64,000 bases of DNA from positions 36,394,001 through 36,458,000 of the forward strand of contig NC_086379.1 in assembly GCF_036588685.1 (NCBI RefSeq). The letters are read 5' to 3'. Below, in pieces: positions 41,401 through 53,183 of this stretch. The position numbers and the translations under genes were made by a program. The notes under the pieces are model-generated. The model saw only the letters and a list, made by a program, of their open reading frames with translations. It did not search any database and was not told where the DNA came from. Source of the DNA: Mytilus trossulus (taxonomy: Eukaryota). Positions within the stretch are counted from its first letter, which is position 1, and every line of letters begins with the position of its first letter.

Positions 41401-42811
41401 GACCCCCCTGCGGTATATTGAACCCCCTACCATAGACCTTAAAGTTCAAAAACTCTTGCTTTTCTAACTCCGTAACATAGTTGTTATACTCTAATTTGTA
41501 GTTTGAATGCATTTAACTTGCTTGAAAAGATATTTGAAGAAAACAAAATTCCATTGTATTTTTACCCCCTCCCCCTTCCATGGTATATTGAACCCCCTCC
41601 TATAGACCGTCAATTTAACAAAATCCACCTATTCTCAATCCTTAACATAGTAACAATACTCCAAGAAGTAGTTGGTATGCATGTATCTAACTTGCTTGAA
41701 AAGATATTTTGAAAAAAAAATTAAATTCCGTGGTATTTTGACCCCCTGCGGTATATTGAACCCCCTACTAGAGTATAGACCTTGAATTTAAAAATTCAAG
41801 CTGCTCTTACTCCTTAACATAGAAATTATACTCTTATAAGTAATTTGTATGTTTTTCACATACCGGAAAAGACATTTTGATAATTTTATTTTGCCATGGT
41901 AATTGACCCCCTGCGGTATATTGAACCCCCTACCATAGACCTTAAAGTTGAAAAATTCTTGCTATTCTAACTCTGTAACATAGTTGTAATACTCCAATTT
42001 GTAGTTTGAAAGCATTTTTAAACTTGCTTGAAAAGATATTTTGAAGAAGAAAAAAAAAATCATTGTATTTTGACCCCCTCCCCCTTCCATGGTATATTGA
42101 ACCCCCTCCTATGGACCTTGAATTTTAAAAATCCAAGTTTTTCTAACTCCTTAACATAGTTTTGATACTTCAATAAGTAGTTTGTATGTATTTAACATGC
42201 TGGAAATTTTACTTAGTCATGTTATTTTGAACCCCCTATTATACATAAAGACCTTTAATGTTAAAATATCTTGCTACTGTAACTCCTTTACATATTTATT
42301 ATACTCCAATAAGTAGTTTGTATTCATTTTATTAGCTTGAAAAGATGTTATGAAAATTTTACTTTTTAGATTAACTGAGCAATGGTAATTTGACCCCCTC
42401 CCCCTTTTTTACCATGGAGAATTGAAACTTAAGTCTACCATTCTATATGAATATTTTGAATTTCAAAGAATGTAAGTGTCCAAGCTACATGGTCTATTTA
42501 TAATGCTTTAAGAAGTTTTTTGAATGAAATGTTGGTTAAGACTTCAGAGCACTTATACCAAGCAAATATTTTTCTTTTGACCAATCATTAAAAATTGACC
42601 TCCCCCTCTTGTATCAATGATTTTTAATATCTGATTAGCTTTTATATAATGTTAATTGTTTAATTAATCATCTAGAATGAAAAAAACTGGGGGTTCAATT
42701 TACCAGGGGGGGAGGGGGGGGTCAATTTACCATGGGTGGGGGTTCCATTTACCATAGCGGTATTTTGACCCCGGGTTCATTTTACCATGGGGTTCAAAAT
42801 ACCATATGAAA
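38498..42811. mobile_element. Ginger-like fold-back element filled with about 120-bp tandem repeats
   Basis: CCGG|TGTCATATGGTATTTTGAACCCC...GGGGTTCAAAATACCATATGAAA|CCGG (TGT..ACA-type ends, 4-bp CCGG TSD). Internal units contain ATGGTATTTTGACCCC-TGCGGTATATTGAACCCC and flip orientation near 39120. Confidence 0.75.
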
Positions 42812-44025
42812 CCGGTTTAATTACGAATGTAACAATAATTATTGAGGCTACGGTTACATTGCGTTATTGTTACATGAAAAAAGCAATGTACGATGGGACT
42901 AATAATATGTACTAAATAATAAAAGTTGAGGACATTTATAACATACATTTATAACATACATTTATAACATACAATTTATTTACTGTAATTTTTTATTTAC
43001 AATGACAATTTCTACAAATCCAGTAAGTTGTTTTCATGTCCGACACATTTTTTATGAACGAAATTACGTCCTCCACGGATACGTGTACATACATAATTTC
43101 TTAGTATTTAAGTTACAGTTAGCAAAGTTATAAAGCTGTATGAAATGTATGTCTTGATATTGTTTAAGTTTCGTTTAAAACGCATCCCAAGTTTTTTTTT
43201 CTCACCATAAACAAAATTGGTCTAAAGTACAATGACAGTAATAAGAGTAAGTGCGCAGTTAAATACTTTAAAAAGGTGAAACCATTGAACTATATTGTTC
43301 GCCTTTGACAGTCACACTCCTAATCTTGAGTAGTATCTTTAAGAACATCAAAAGACAAAACCATTAATACGCAGTAAAACTATTCAAGTTGTACACTTGT
43401 TGAATAATAATATTTAATTATTTATCAGTATTAAATTACAAGTATTGTTTAGTACATATAAAAGAATGAAGCAATACAATTATAAAAGATTTAAGTTTAA
43501 TCAATCTAGCGTACATTAATGTTTTTCATGTAACAATAACGTAATGTAACCGTAGCCTCAGTAATTATTGTTACATTTGTAATTAATCGGTTCCTCATCC
43601 AACTTTGCATTCCGGCAATAAGTCTCCAATGTTACAATAATATTTTTATTATTGTTGTAGTAGTAGTTGGGTCTCAAAGTTCAAGTCCAATAAATTCTTA
43701 TTGTTTATTGTTATAAAACGCATGAATGTATAATACACAATACAATAGACTGCATAGTGTCGCAGGTACCCTCGTACTTGGTTCGAAGTTTACGTGAAAA
43801 CTACAAAGAAAAATGAAAACAACCTTAGTAAAACAGTCAAAATAAACAGAAATTATATTCGAATGACATATGAATCAAGCACAATATCCGCACAATACAA
43901 AAACACAACAAATTTACCTCTTTGGGCCAATTACACACTGATCTAGTTCGCATATTTCGTTCGTTTACTGACAAGGGAGATAACAATGTATAATCCTGTT
44001 ATTCGTATGGCTCCTCATCAGGGAA

Positions 44026-47000
44026 TTATTCGGTCTCCTGGAGTAAGACCATCTTATGGATTGGTCGTTCTAGCTCGGTGAGTTTTGACTTACGGACGCC
44101 TCTACGATCCAAATTCGTTGATCCTACTGCGAGTCTTACTTTTCGGACTAAATTATCATCATCAACGAATGTTTTGCAAATTCGACCTAGTTTCCACATG
44201 TTTCGCACTAAATTGTCATCCTTAATCATAACAATGTCACCAACAGATAAATTTCGCTTCGGAGCGATCCATTTTTGCCTAGACTGAATATTTGAAAGAA
44301 ACTCTTTCCTCCAACGACTCCAAAATTCATTTGCAAGAAACTGAACCCGTCTCCAGCGCTTTCTGGAATATACGTCGTTTTTCATGAAGTTTCCAGGTGG
44401 TGGTAGAAAAACTTTACTTTTCATAGTCAATAAATGATTTGGTGTCAACGGTTCAACGGAAAGCGGATCGTTCAGGTTTTCCAACGTAAGTGGTCGACTA
44501 TTCACTATAGCTGTTGCTTCAGACATTAAAGTTCTCAACGACTCATCATCAAGCTGAGTTCCTAGCTGACATAGTAAAGTTGAAAGAATGTTTCGGACAG
44601 AACGTATCTGTCTTTCCCAAACGCCACCCATGTGACTAGCAGACGGAACGTTCATCTTAAATTGTACGAAATCCAATTTGTTCAAGTAGATATTGACGGA
44701 TTCGGTCAAAATCCAATTCAGACATTGCCTTAGTATATTCTCCTTCGGCTCCAACAAAGTTAGTTCCTTGATCACACCGAAGATGCCTTACGGGTCCGCG
44801 GATAGACACAAATATTCTCAATGCATTAATGAAAGAGCTCGTATCTAAAGAGTTAGCAGTTTCGATATGAATTGATCTCGATGACAAACAGGTAAATAAA
44901 ACTCCATACCGCTTAAGTTCATTGCGGCCCTCCTTAATTAACCAAGGTCCAAACAGATCAACACCACAGTACGTGAATGGAGGCATAGTCTCTAGTCGGT
45001 CTACCGGTAAATCAGCCATTTTCTGTACCTGAGTTTGGCTACGCAATTTTCGACATGTAACACATTTAGACAAAAGGTTCGAAACAGCAGAACTACATCC
45101 GATTATCCAATATCCATGTGAACGTATTGTGTTCGTAGTAATTCCACGTCCTTGGTGAAATGATTTTTCGTGAAAATAGCGCATGATAAGCTCGGTCACG
45201 TGAGAATGTCTAGGTAATATAATAGGATGCTTCAAATCAATGCTCAGATCAGCACGTCGGATGCGGCCACCAACTCGGATGATGCCGTCCTGGTCGAGAA
45301 AGGGGTCAAGTTTATACAAAGACGATTTCTTTTTCATAGTATTGTTTCGCACTTTAGCTGAGTCGTTGGCTTCAAACGGTCCTTCAGAATCAAATGAACG
45401 CAATATGAGTAATTCTTCCTTGAAGAAAGTGTCTTGAACCCTTTTGACAATTTCAAGTTCAGCTTGTCGCATGTCTTCCATGTTAACGGATAAACAGGTT
45501 CCCTTCGGACGTTTTGCTAGCAACGCATTTCTCAGGTTCAAGCAAAGAGCTGTCGCATGTTTAGCTCTGTTCCAATCTGAAAAGTATTCTAAACGTTCAA
45601 GTATGGACGCAGGAGGAGGTAAACAAGTACTTGTAGACATTACTTTAACTTTTCTGACTTCCGGGTCATTCAATAACGGTTTAGACGTATCCGATAATTC
45701 CTTTCTGACTACGTGTTCCGCATTCCATAAGAAATCTGGTCCCGTAAACCACTTTGATTCTCTTAATTTGATCGGTGTAGCTCCACGAGAAGCAATGTCG
45801 GCTGGGTTTTCGGCAGAACTGACATAATTCCACTGAAATGGTTCGGTGTTGTCGCGAATCTGTTGTACTCTGTTAGCCACATGAAAACGCCTGGAATCAT
45901 TCGCAATATAACCTAGTACTACGTTACTATCGGTCCAGAAATACTCAGTGACATTTTTATCGGAATACTCAAGTTCATCTCTAAAAATTGCACTGACTTT
46001 CACGGAGATTACTGCAGCCGTAAGCTCTAACCTGGGAATCGTAATGGGCTTTAACGGAACTACTCGAGATTTACCAATAACCAGAGCACAATGTACTTGT
46101 TGTTTAAAGTTGAAAAGGCGAACGTACGAACACTGACCGTAACCATTTGAACTAGCATCTGAAAAATGATGAAATTCTATGAATTTTACTTCGCCAAAGT
46201 CAACCGGTTTGAAGCAACGATTGATTTTCAATAATTCAAGGTCTATTAAGTCTTGCTTCCACCTTTCCCATTTGTTCTGGATATCTTCCGGTAACGGGGT
46301 ATCCCAATCGGTTTGATCCTTACATAAATCTTGCAAGAGCTGTTTCCCAACAAGAATGATGGGTGAGATAATACCTAGCGGATCATATACTGCGCTTAAT
46401 GTAGACAGCATTCCACGCCTTGTAGGCGGCTTGTTGTTGAGCGTGATACGAAATTGAAACACATCTAATTCAATACACTATTCAATTCCTAATGTCTTTG
46501 TCGTTGGAAGTTCATCATGTGATAAGTTTAAATTCAACTCTTTGGCACGATCCTTTTCTGGTATGTGCGCTAAAACATCCTTAGAATTTGACAAAAATTT
46601 GTGCAACCGAAGACCACGCTTATTGCACATTTCTACACTACCATGTATAAGGTTCACTGCTTCTGTAACGTTTGACACAGATTTAAGACCATCATCAACG
46701 TAAAAATCACGTCTAATAAAGTTCGATACTTTGGAACCAAAATCGGCTTCATAATCATTAGCAAGTTGTTTAAGTCCGAAATTGGCACATCCAGGGGATG
46801 ATGCGGCCCCAAAAAAATGGACGTTCATCCTGTATTCGCACGGTTCTTTCGAAAGATCTTCATAATTGTCCCACCACAAAAATCGTAAATAATCTTGGTG
46901 TTCAGTTCTCACTTTGAACTGTAAAAACATTTGTTCAATATCGCAGACTACTGCAATTGGTTCTTGACGAAATCTACAAAGCACTCCTACCAACGAGTTC

Positions 47001-50000
47001 GTTAATAGTTATCAAAGGTACCAGGATTATAATTTGATACGCCAGACGCGCGTTTCGTCTACATAAGACTCATCAGTGACGCTCAGATCAAAACAGTTAA
47101 AAAGCCAAACAAATACAAAGTTGAAGAGCATTGAGGACCCAAAAATTCCAAAAAGTTGTGCCAAATACGGCTAAGGTAATCTACTCCTGGGCGTAAGAAA
47201 ATCCTTAGTTTTTCGAAAAATTCAAAGTTTTGTAAACAGAAAATTTATAAAAATGACCATATAATTGATATTCATGTCAACACCCGAAGTGCTGACTACT
47301 GGGCTGGTGATACCCTCGGGGACGAAACGTCCACCAGCAGTGGCATCGACCCAGTGGTGTAAATAGTTATCAAAGGTACCAGGATTATAATTTGATACGC
47401 CAGACGCGCGTTTCGTCTACATAAGACTCATCAGTGACGCTCCGATCAAAACAGTTAAAAAGCCAAACAAATACAAAGTTGAAGAGCATTGAGGACCCAA
47501 AAATTCCAAAAAGTTGTGCCAAATACGGCTAAGGTAATCTACTCCTGGGCGTAAGAAAATCCTTAGTTTTTCGAAAAATTCAAAGTTTTGTAAACAGAAA
47601 ATTTATAAAAATGACCATATAATTGATAGTCATGTCAACACCCGAAGTGCTGACTACTGGGCTGGTGATACCCTCGGGGACGAAACGTCCACCAGCAGTG
47701 GCATCGACCTAGTGGTGTAAATAGTTATCAAAGGTACCAGGATTATAATTTGATACGCCAGACGCGCGTTTCGTCTACATAAGACTCATCAGTGACGCTC
47801 AGATCAAAACAGTTAAAAAGCCAAACAAATACAAAGTTGAAGAGCATTGAGGACCCACAAATTCCAAAAAGTTGTGCCAAATACGGCTAAGGTAATCTAC
47901 TCCTGGGCGTAAGAAAATCCTTAGTTTTTCGAAAAATTCAAAGTTTTGTAAACAGAAAATTTATAAAAATGACCATATAATTGATATTCATGTCAACACC
48001 CGAAGTGCTGACTACTGGGCTGGTGATACCCTCGGGGACGAAACGTCCACCAGCAGTGGCATCGACCCAGTGGTGTAAATAGTTAAGTCTGGGCCTTGCA
48101 GCAAGTAATCGTTTAGTGATTCACCTTTGTATCTAGAACTACAATCAAACACAACACGGACTTTTTCGGGCTTCTGAGGATGATATACTCCGTGATGTGG
48201 TATGTACCAAACATGTCCTTCGTTATCGGATTGAGACGGTTTAACTTTCTCCGCAAATTCCTTTGTTATTAAGTCATCCATACTCTTAAAATAGTCATTT
48301 CGGTATCGAGCATCATTGCGTAAACGCTTTCGAAGATGATTGAATCTCTGAATGGCTTGAGACTTGTTGTTCGGTAATATCGGTTCGGATCCTTTAAAGG
48401 TCAAGGGCATTTCATAATGTCCATCATTTACTCTGATTCCGCTTTCAAGAATGTTCAAAAAACGTTTGTCATCAAATGACATAGACTGTTTGTCATGAGT
48501 TCGTTCGGAAAAATCGAGTTCCATCATTCGCGCTACTTCAACGGGACTTACTAATTTTGTAAAATTTCTAATAGTAAATAATACATGGCTTTCAAACGCT
48601 ATCATTCTGTGAGAATGTGTAGTTAATGCATTATCAATGCAGCTCGGATCCACAATACCAACTATACCCCATCCGAGGTCTGTTTTCTGTGCGTAAGGTC
48701 CATCATCAGTTGTCGGAATCACCTCTCTAGGAGTCAATGCACGGGCGCAATTATAACCTATAAGTAGTCCGAATTCGCAATCACTTACTGGCATCAACTG
48801 ACTGGCAATCTTCTCTAACTGCGGCCATTTTCTCGCCATATCACAAGTAGGTATATGTGCTCTATTTGCCGGTAAGATGTCGCGGGCAAATGTAGACGGT
48901 AACGTTATCTTCATGTCGCTATCGTAAGCCCTTACTATTTATCCATCTATCTTACAGCTATCGACTATTGAATTCTGTGAATGCATGGTTGATAATGACA
49001 GCTTCACGTCGGCACCAGAAAGTCCAATAGTTTGACGTGTATTGTCCAAATTGAACGTAGTATCAGACTGAGTATCTAAGAGTGCGTACACTAGTATTTC
49101 ATGTTGTTGGTTATCAATATGAGAGCGATAAACAGGAACAATCATCGAGCTTTTTCCACATGACTCGGTTATGCTCATTAAAACCGCACCAGTTTGAGAC
49201 TTATAAAGTTCCTTTTCCTCATTACAAGGTGTAGGTTGTTTTAAATTGTTCGGAAATTGTTTTACTACATCTCCATGAAAGGCTGTCGGATGTCGTTTTG
49301 TGCAAATGCTGCACGTTGCGCGTTTGTTACACTGTTTCGATAAATGTCCAGAGCCTAAACAAGCAAAGCACAACCCTGTTCTCTTAGCAAATTCTTTACG
49401 CTCTTGTACAGATTTTGCAAGGTAGTTTCTACATGAATCAAGTATGTGTCCAGCCTTGTGACAGAACAAACAATTCTTATTAGCACCGGAGTTACTTTCT
49501 TTGGTCCTATCATAACTAGTCGACTTTGTCTCCGTTGCAAATGCATTTCTGCGTGGTGTATCACGGTCATTTTTAACACTTCGAAAGTTTGTGTCCGTAT
49601 TTCGTGGTGTACTTTCTGTTTTAAGAGAGTTGAGAGAAGTAACAGGATCGTTCGCAATCGTTGATTCTCGTTCAATAAACACAGAAAAAGTCTGAAATGA
49701 GGGAAATGTATGATGATCACTTTTATGTTGAGCGACAATTCGTCCCCATCGTGTAACTATCCAGTCGGGAAATTTTGATAAAAGTTTTCGGTTCTCACGA
49801 TCATCATTAAGAACGTTCAGATTCTTGATCGTTTTCATTGCGGAAAGACACTGTTTAATATAATCTGAAAATTTTCTCAATCCTTAGCTATCACGAGACG
49901 CTATCTTAGGCCACTTTTCTAGTCGGTCACGAAAAGCATTACCAACGATAAACGGGTCACCATACCTTTGGTCTAACAGTTTTTTAGCATCAAAATAAGA

Positions 50001-51245
50001 GTCATCTGTTGCAATAAGGAAAAAGTTTTCGATTACTTCACGAACGGAGTCTCCAACATACCTACGTAAGTAATGGATCTGCTCTAAAGGTGGTATGTTC
50101 CTTCGCTCAATAAGGGTCTCAAAAGCTACTTTCCATGACGCATATTTTAATGGATCGCCATTAAATATCGGAGGTTCAGGCAGAGGAAGTCTATTCAAGT
50201 TAACTTGGTCAGCAAAAGATTTGGCTAAGTCAGTAACCACATCTGAGCTTATTGTTTTTGACATAATTGGCATTTCGGTTTTCGGTAAATCCACATGCAC
50301 AGAATCGGTTTGTACGTGATCCATCGCTCTGAAACTACTTGTTTCTCTTTGAATCGGAACAAATTCATTTACTTCCGGATTTAGACCTGAGGAGCTAACA
50401 AAAGGTGCGACAACTGGTTGATTTTGGTTTATCGCATAGTCAACATTTGTATCACTAGTAAAAGGCACAGAAGACGATAAAATGTTAGGTACACTTGAGT
50501 TTTTGTTTTGATCATGTGAAGCACTTACAGTCTTTAAGAAGATTGTCAATATATCGGCTTGTGGTAAATATTTTTTTGCATCATCAAGCACTGAGCCACC
50601 CTGACTTACTCCTTCGAGTATTTCTAACTTTACTTCTGCAGTTTCTAACTCACGCCTAGTTTGAATTTTATCAAGTTCTAATTTTGCTTTCGATTCAGCT
50701 TCAATATATTTCAATTTTGTTTTTAGTTCAGCGGCTCTTGCAGCAGTTTCAGATAATTTAGACGCATTTGATATTCGAGACGAAACATGTGACCTTTCAG
50801 ACACCAAACGGTTCGATCGACTAGAACGCCTAGATGACCTTTCACTTTTTATCTCATCAATACATTGTATGCGTTTAGCAATCTCTTTTAAAATAGTAGC
50901 AGTATCTGTTTCACACTGTTCAAATTTCTGAGAAATATCAGTTCCGATTTCGCGAGCTGATTGAGAATGTTCCGATGAAGAGCCTACTTCGCTTAGCAAA
51001 CGACATAAATGTTTTTAAATGTCCTCAATTTGACTCATACATTTTACTAATGAGTCTCTAGTGGCACGTTTTTCTGCTAAATCATCACTGTCACTCAAGA
51101 GAATACTTAACTTATTGTGTTTCGAGTGCCAAGCTGATATAGCTTTTTTTAAATTTTGCTGAAGAGTGTCTAATTGCCAGAATAAACCCTTTTCAGTCAT
51201 TTTGCGGTGTCTCGTAACGCGTGGTTCCTCACAAGGACTAGACAT
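44026..51245 (-). pseudogene. BEL/Pao gag-pol polyprotein interrupted by stops, frameshifts and a 1.08-kb insertion
   Basis: Three Zn knuckles (CLFCHKAGH, CFACLGSGH, CSICTKRH), protease ALLDTQSD, RT YVDD, RNase H FSDAS/PRLEL, integrase H..H..CVTC plus GVDLFGP, CDQGTNF and GGVWER. Broken into seven ORFs. Confidence 0.95.
47004..48085 (-). mobile_element. Tandem trimer (3 x 358 bp) of a hammerhead-ribozyme retrozyme inserted in the BEL/Pao RT region
   Basis: Unit starts at 47004, 47362, 47720 (and terminal 48078). Each unit has, on -, GAGCGTCA-CTGATGA-GTCT(TATGT)AGAC-GAAA-CGCGCG-TC^TGGCGT with cleavage at 47045, 47403 and 47761. Removing it restores LLQGPDLTNSLVGVL; GTTAA is present on both sides. 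Confidence 0.95.
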
Positions 51246-52077
51246 GAATAATTATAATACATTATGATATATACAGAATCAAAATGCACATAATTCAAAT
51301 AAATCAACATTCAAAACCTATGCATCAATATGACAAAATAATAAGCAATAAAAAATGACAAATTCACGTAGGCAAAATATCAATATGACTTGCTATGACA
51401 AGTTTATAAAAAATGCAATAATATTCAAAGGTATTACCAAAATTCATCAAACTACACAAAAATCTTAAAATGCATCAATGGCGCAATGAAATTTCAAGTT
51501 TGTCAATTATGCTAAATCAATAGTCATATTAATAATATCAATTTATTTCTGTAAATAATAGAAGGCTATGTCCCAGTCTTGACAGCTTCCACTGTTCTTC
51601 TTCTGTTGTAACCGCAATTTCTATGAAGAATAAATGTAACAAACACTTTGGATTCGTTTATGATTGTTTTTGTACAAATGTTCACTGTTACGTAAGTTAT
51701 GTGTCAATAGCCACTGCCAAATCACACGTGTTAAATTAACGCATCACATCAGGTATGAAACTGTGTAGAGAGTTTTCACTGTAGTAGTAGTTGGGTCTCA
51801 AAGTTCAAGTCCAAATAATTTCTTATTGTTTATTGTTATAAAACGCATGAATGTATAATACACAATACAATAGACTGCATAGTGTCGCAGGTACCCTCGT
51901 ACTTGGTTCGAAGTTTACGTGAAAACTACAAAGAAAAATGAAAACAACCTTAGTAAAACAGTCAAAATAAACAGAAATTATATTCGAATGACATATGAAT
52001 CAAGCACAATATCCGCGCAATACAAAAACAAAACAAATTTACCTCTTTGGGCCACTGATCTAGTTCGTATATTTCGT

Positions 52078-52785
52078 TAGTCTCGATCATCCAGACGCTC
52101 CATATCCTATATGTAGAGTCTGGATTCAATTGCATTGAATAATTGTTAAGTTGGGGCGTGACAAAATATGCAAATGAGCTAGTTTTAATTTTTCGGAAAG
52201 TTTCAAGATTTATCTTCTATTCATGTTAACACTAGATAAAACCGAACAGAGGAAATGGACTATCAATGGACGTGGCATCCAAATCAGCTGAGTCTATCTC
52301 AAGTTTATACATTTCTCACTCAGTTGTGCCAAACACATCTCTATGTGTTTCTTGTTCAACAGTTGGTTCAAGAAAGTATCTCATATTATCTAAAAGTGGC
52401 TCTGTTGGTTCCGCATTCGAAAACTGTTGTAAATTTTATGAAACTAATCTACAGTGCAAAGAGAACTTTGGCAGTTACGTTTGTCATCAATGTAAATGGT
52501 ATGTACGAGAGAAGCTCTCCTGTGATAGTGTAGTTCAACTTTTACAGACCCCCAAATTGATAGAATTTCTGATTCCTGTGATTATAGGCGGAGTTTTAGC
52601 TGTAACTTCAGGGTACCCAAAGATGGGTGTGTTTATAATAATATCATCCAATCCCGTAATAAGAAAAAATTGTTGGGAATCCAACAAGAGGCTCATGAAT
52701 AATTGAATATTTACATCAACTTCAACAATCGCAACCAGACGTTATAGTTCGCAGTAAGAACGATAACTCTGGTGTAACGAGACTA
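52078..52785. mobile_element. Non-autonomous DNA transposon in the 5' LTR (9-bp TSD, TAG..CTA ends; Academ/AcademH-like)
   Basis: ATATTTCGT|TAGTCTCG...CGAGACTA|ATATTTCGT; absent from the other LTR, which has a single ATATTTCGT. Confidence 0.85.
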
Positions 52786-53183
52786 ATATTTCGTTCGTTT
52801 ACTGACAAGGGAGATAACTGAAAAACAATGTATAAAACCTAAAACCTAAAACCTAGGGCGCATCTCCGCGTCCGTTACAATTGTTACATTTCCATGACCG
52901 TAGCCAGTGCCGTTGTTATTTGGATGTACAAGTACCAAGCCACGCCCACTCTGTATTTTTTTTAGATGTACATTGTATTTCTATTTGCATCCATCTGCTG
53001 ATTTAAGCCTTTTTCAACTGGTTTTTATATTTTTTTCTTATTTGACCACTGTCCGAGGTTATTGGAGGGTTGGAATCTCGCAAACATGTTAAAACCCGCC
53101 ACAGTACAATGTGTGTATAAGTCAGGAGCCTGTTATTCAGTGGTTGTCGTGTGTTAATGTGTTGAATATTTGTTTTTCTCTCA

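Larger units (their letters stand above)
43656..52879 (-). mobile_element. Full-length but decayed BEL/Pao LTR retrotransposon
   Basis: Direct LTRs at 43656-about 43995 and 51780-52879, TG..CA ends, 5-bp TSD ATTGT (43651-55 and 52880-84), purine-rich tract GAGGAGCCA near 44008-44016, domain order gag-PR-RT-RH-IN. Confidence 0.97.
38393..52911. mobile_element. Long-TIR non-autonomous DNA transposon (Mutator-like) hosting nested insertions
   Basis: Ends GGCACTGGCTACGG...CCGTAGCCAGTGCC; 9-bp TSD TTTGTTATT/GTTGTTATT (1 mismatch). Left TIR is 38393-38497 plus 42816-42892; right TIR is 43510-43655 plus 52885-52911. Confidence 0.75.

Noticed and set aside
47004-48085. Ordinary satellite DNA or tyrosine-recombinase circle integration
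   Set aside because: Each unit has a covarying hammerhead, and dispersed copies are 5'-truncated with a common 3' end, indicating retrotransposition.
44078-50319. Plus-strand ORFs within the retrotransposon
   Set aside because: Antisense shadows of gag-pol with no recognisable motifs.
52833-52857. Telomere-like (AAAACCT)3
   Set aside because: Only three units, not the TTAGGG repeat, and internal to an LTR.
38395-52909. CACTA/EnSpm assignment from CACTG..CAGTG
   Set aside because: The inverted match extends two more bases (GG..CC) and a 9-bp near-duplication flanks it, which fits Mutator-like better.
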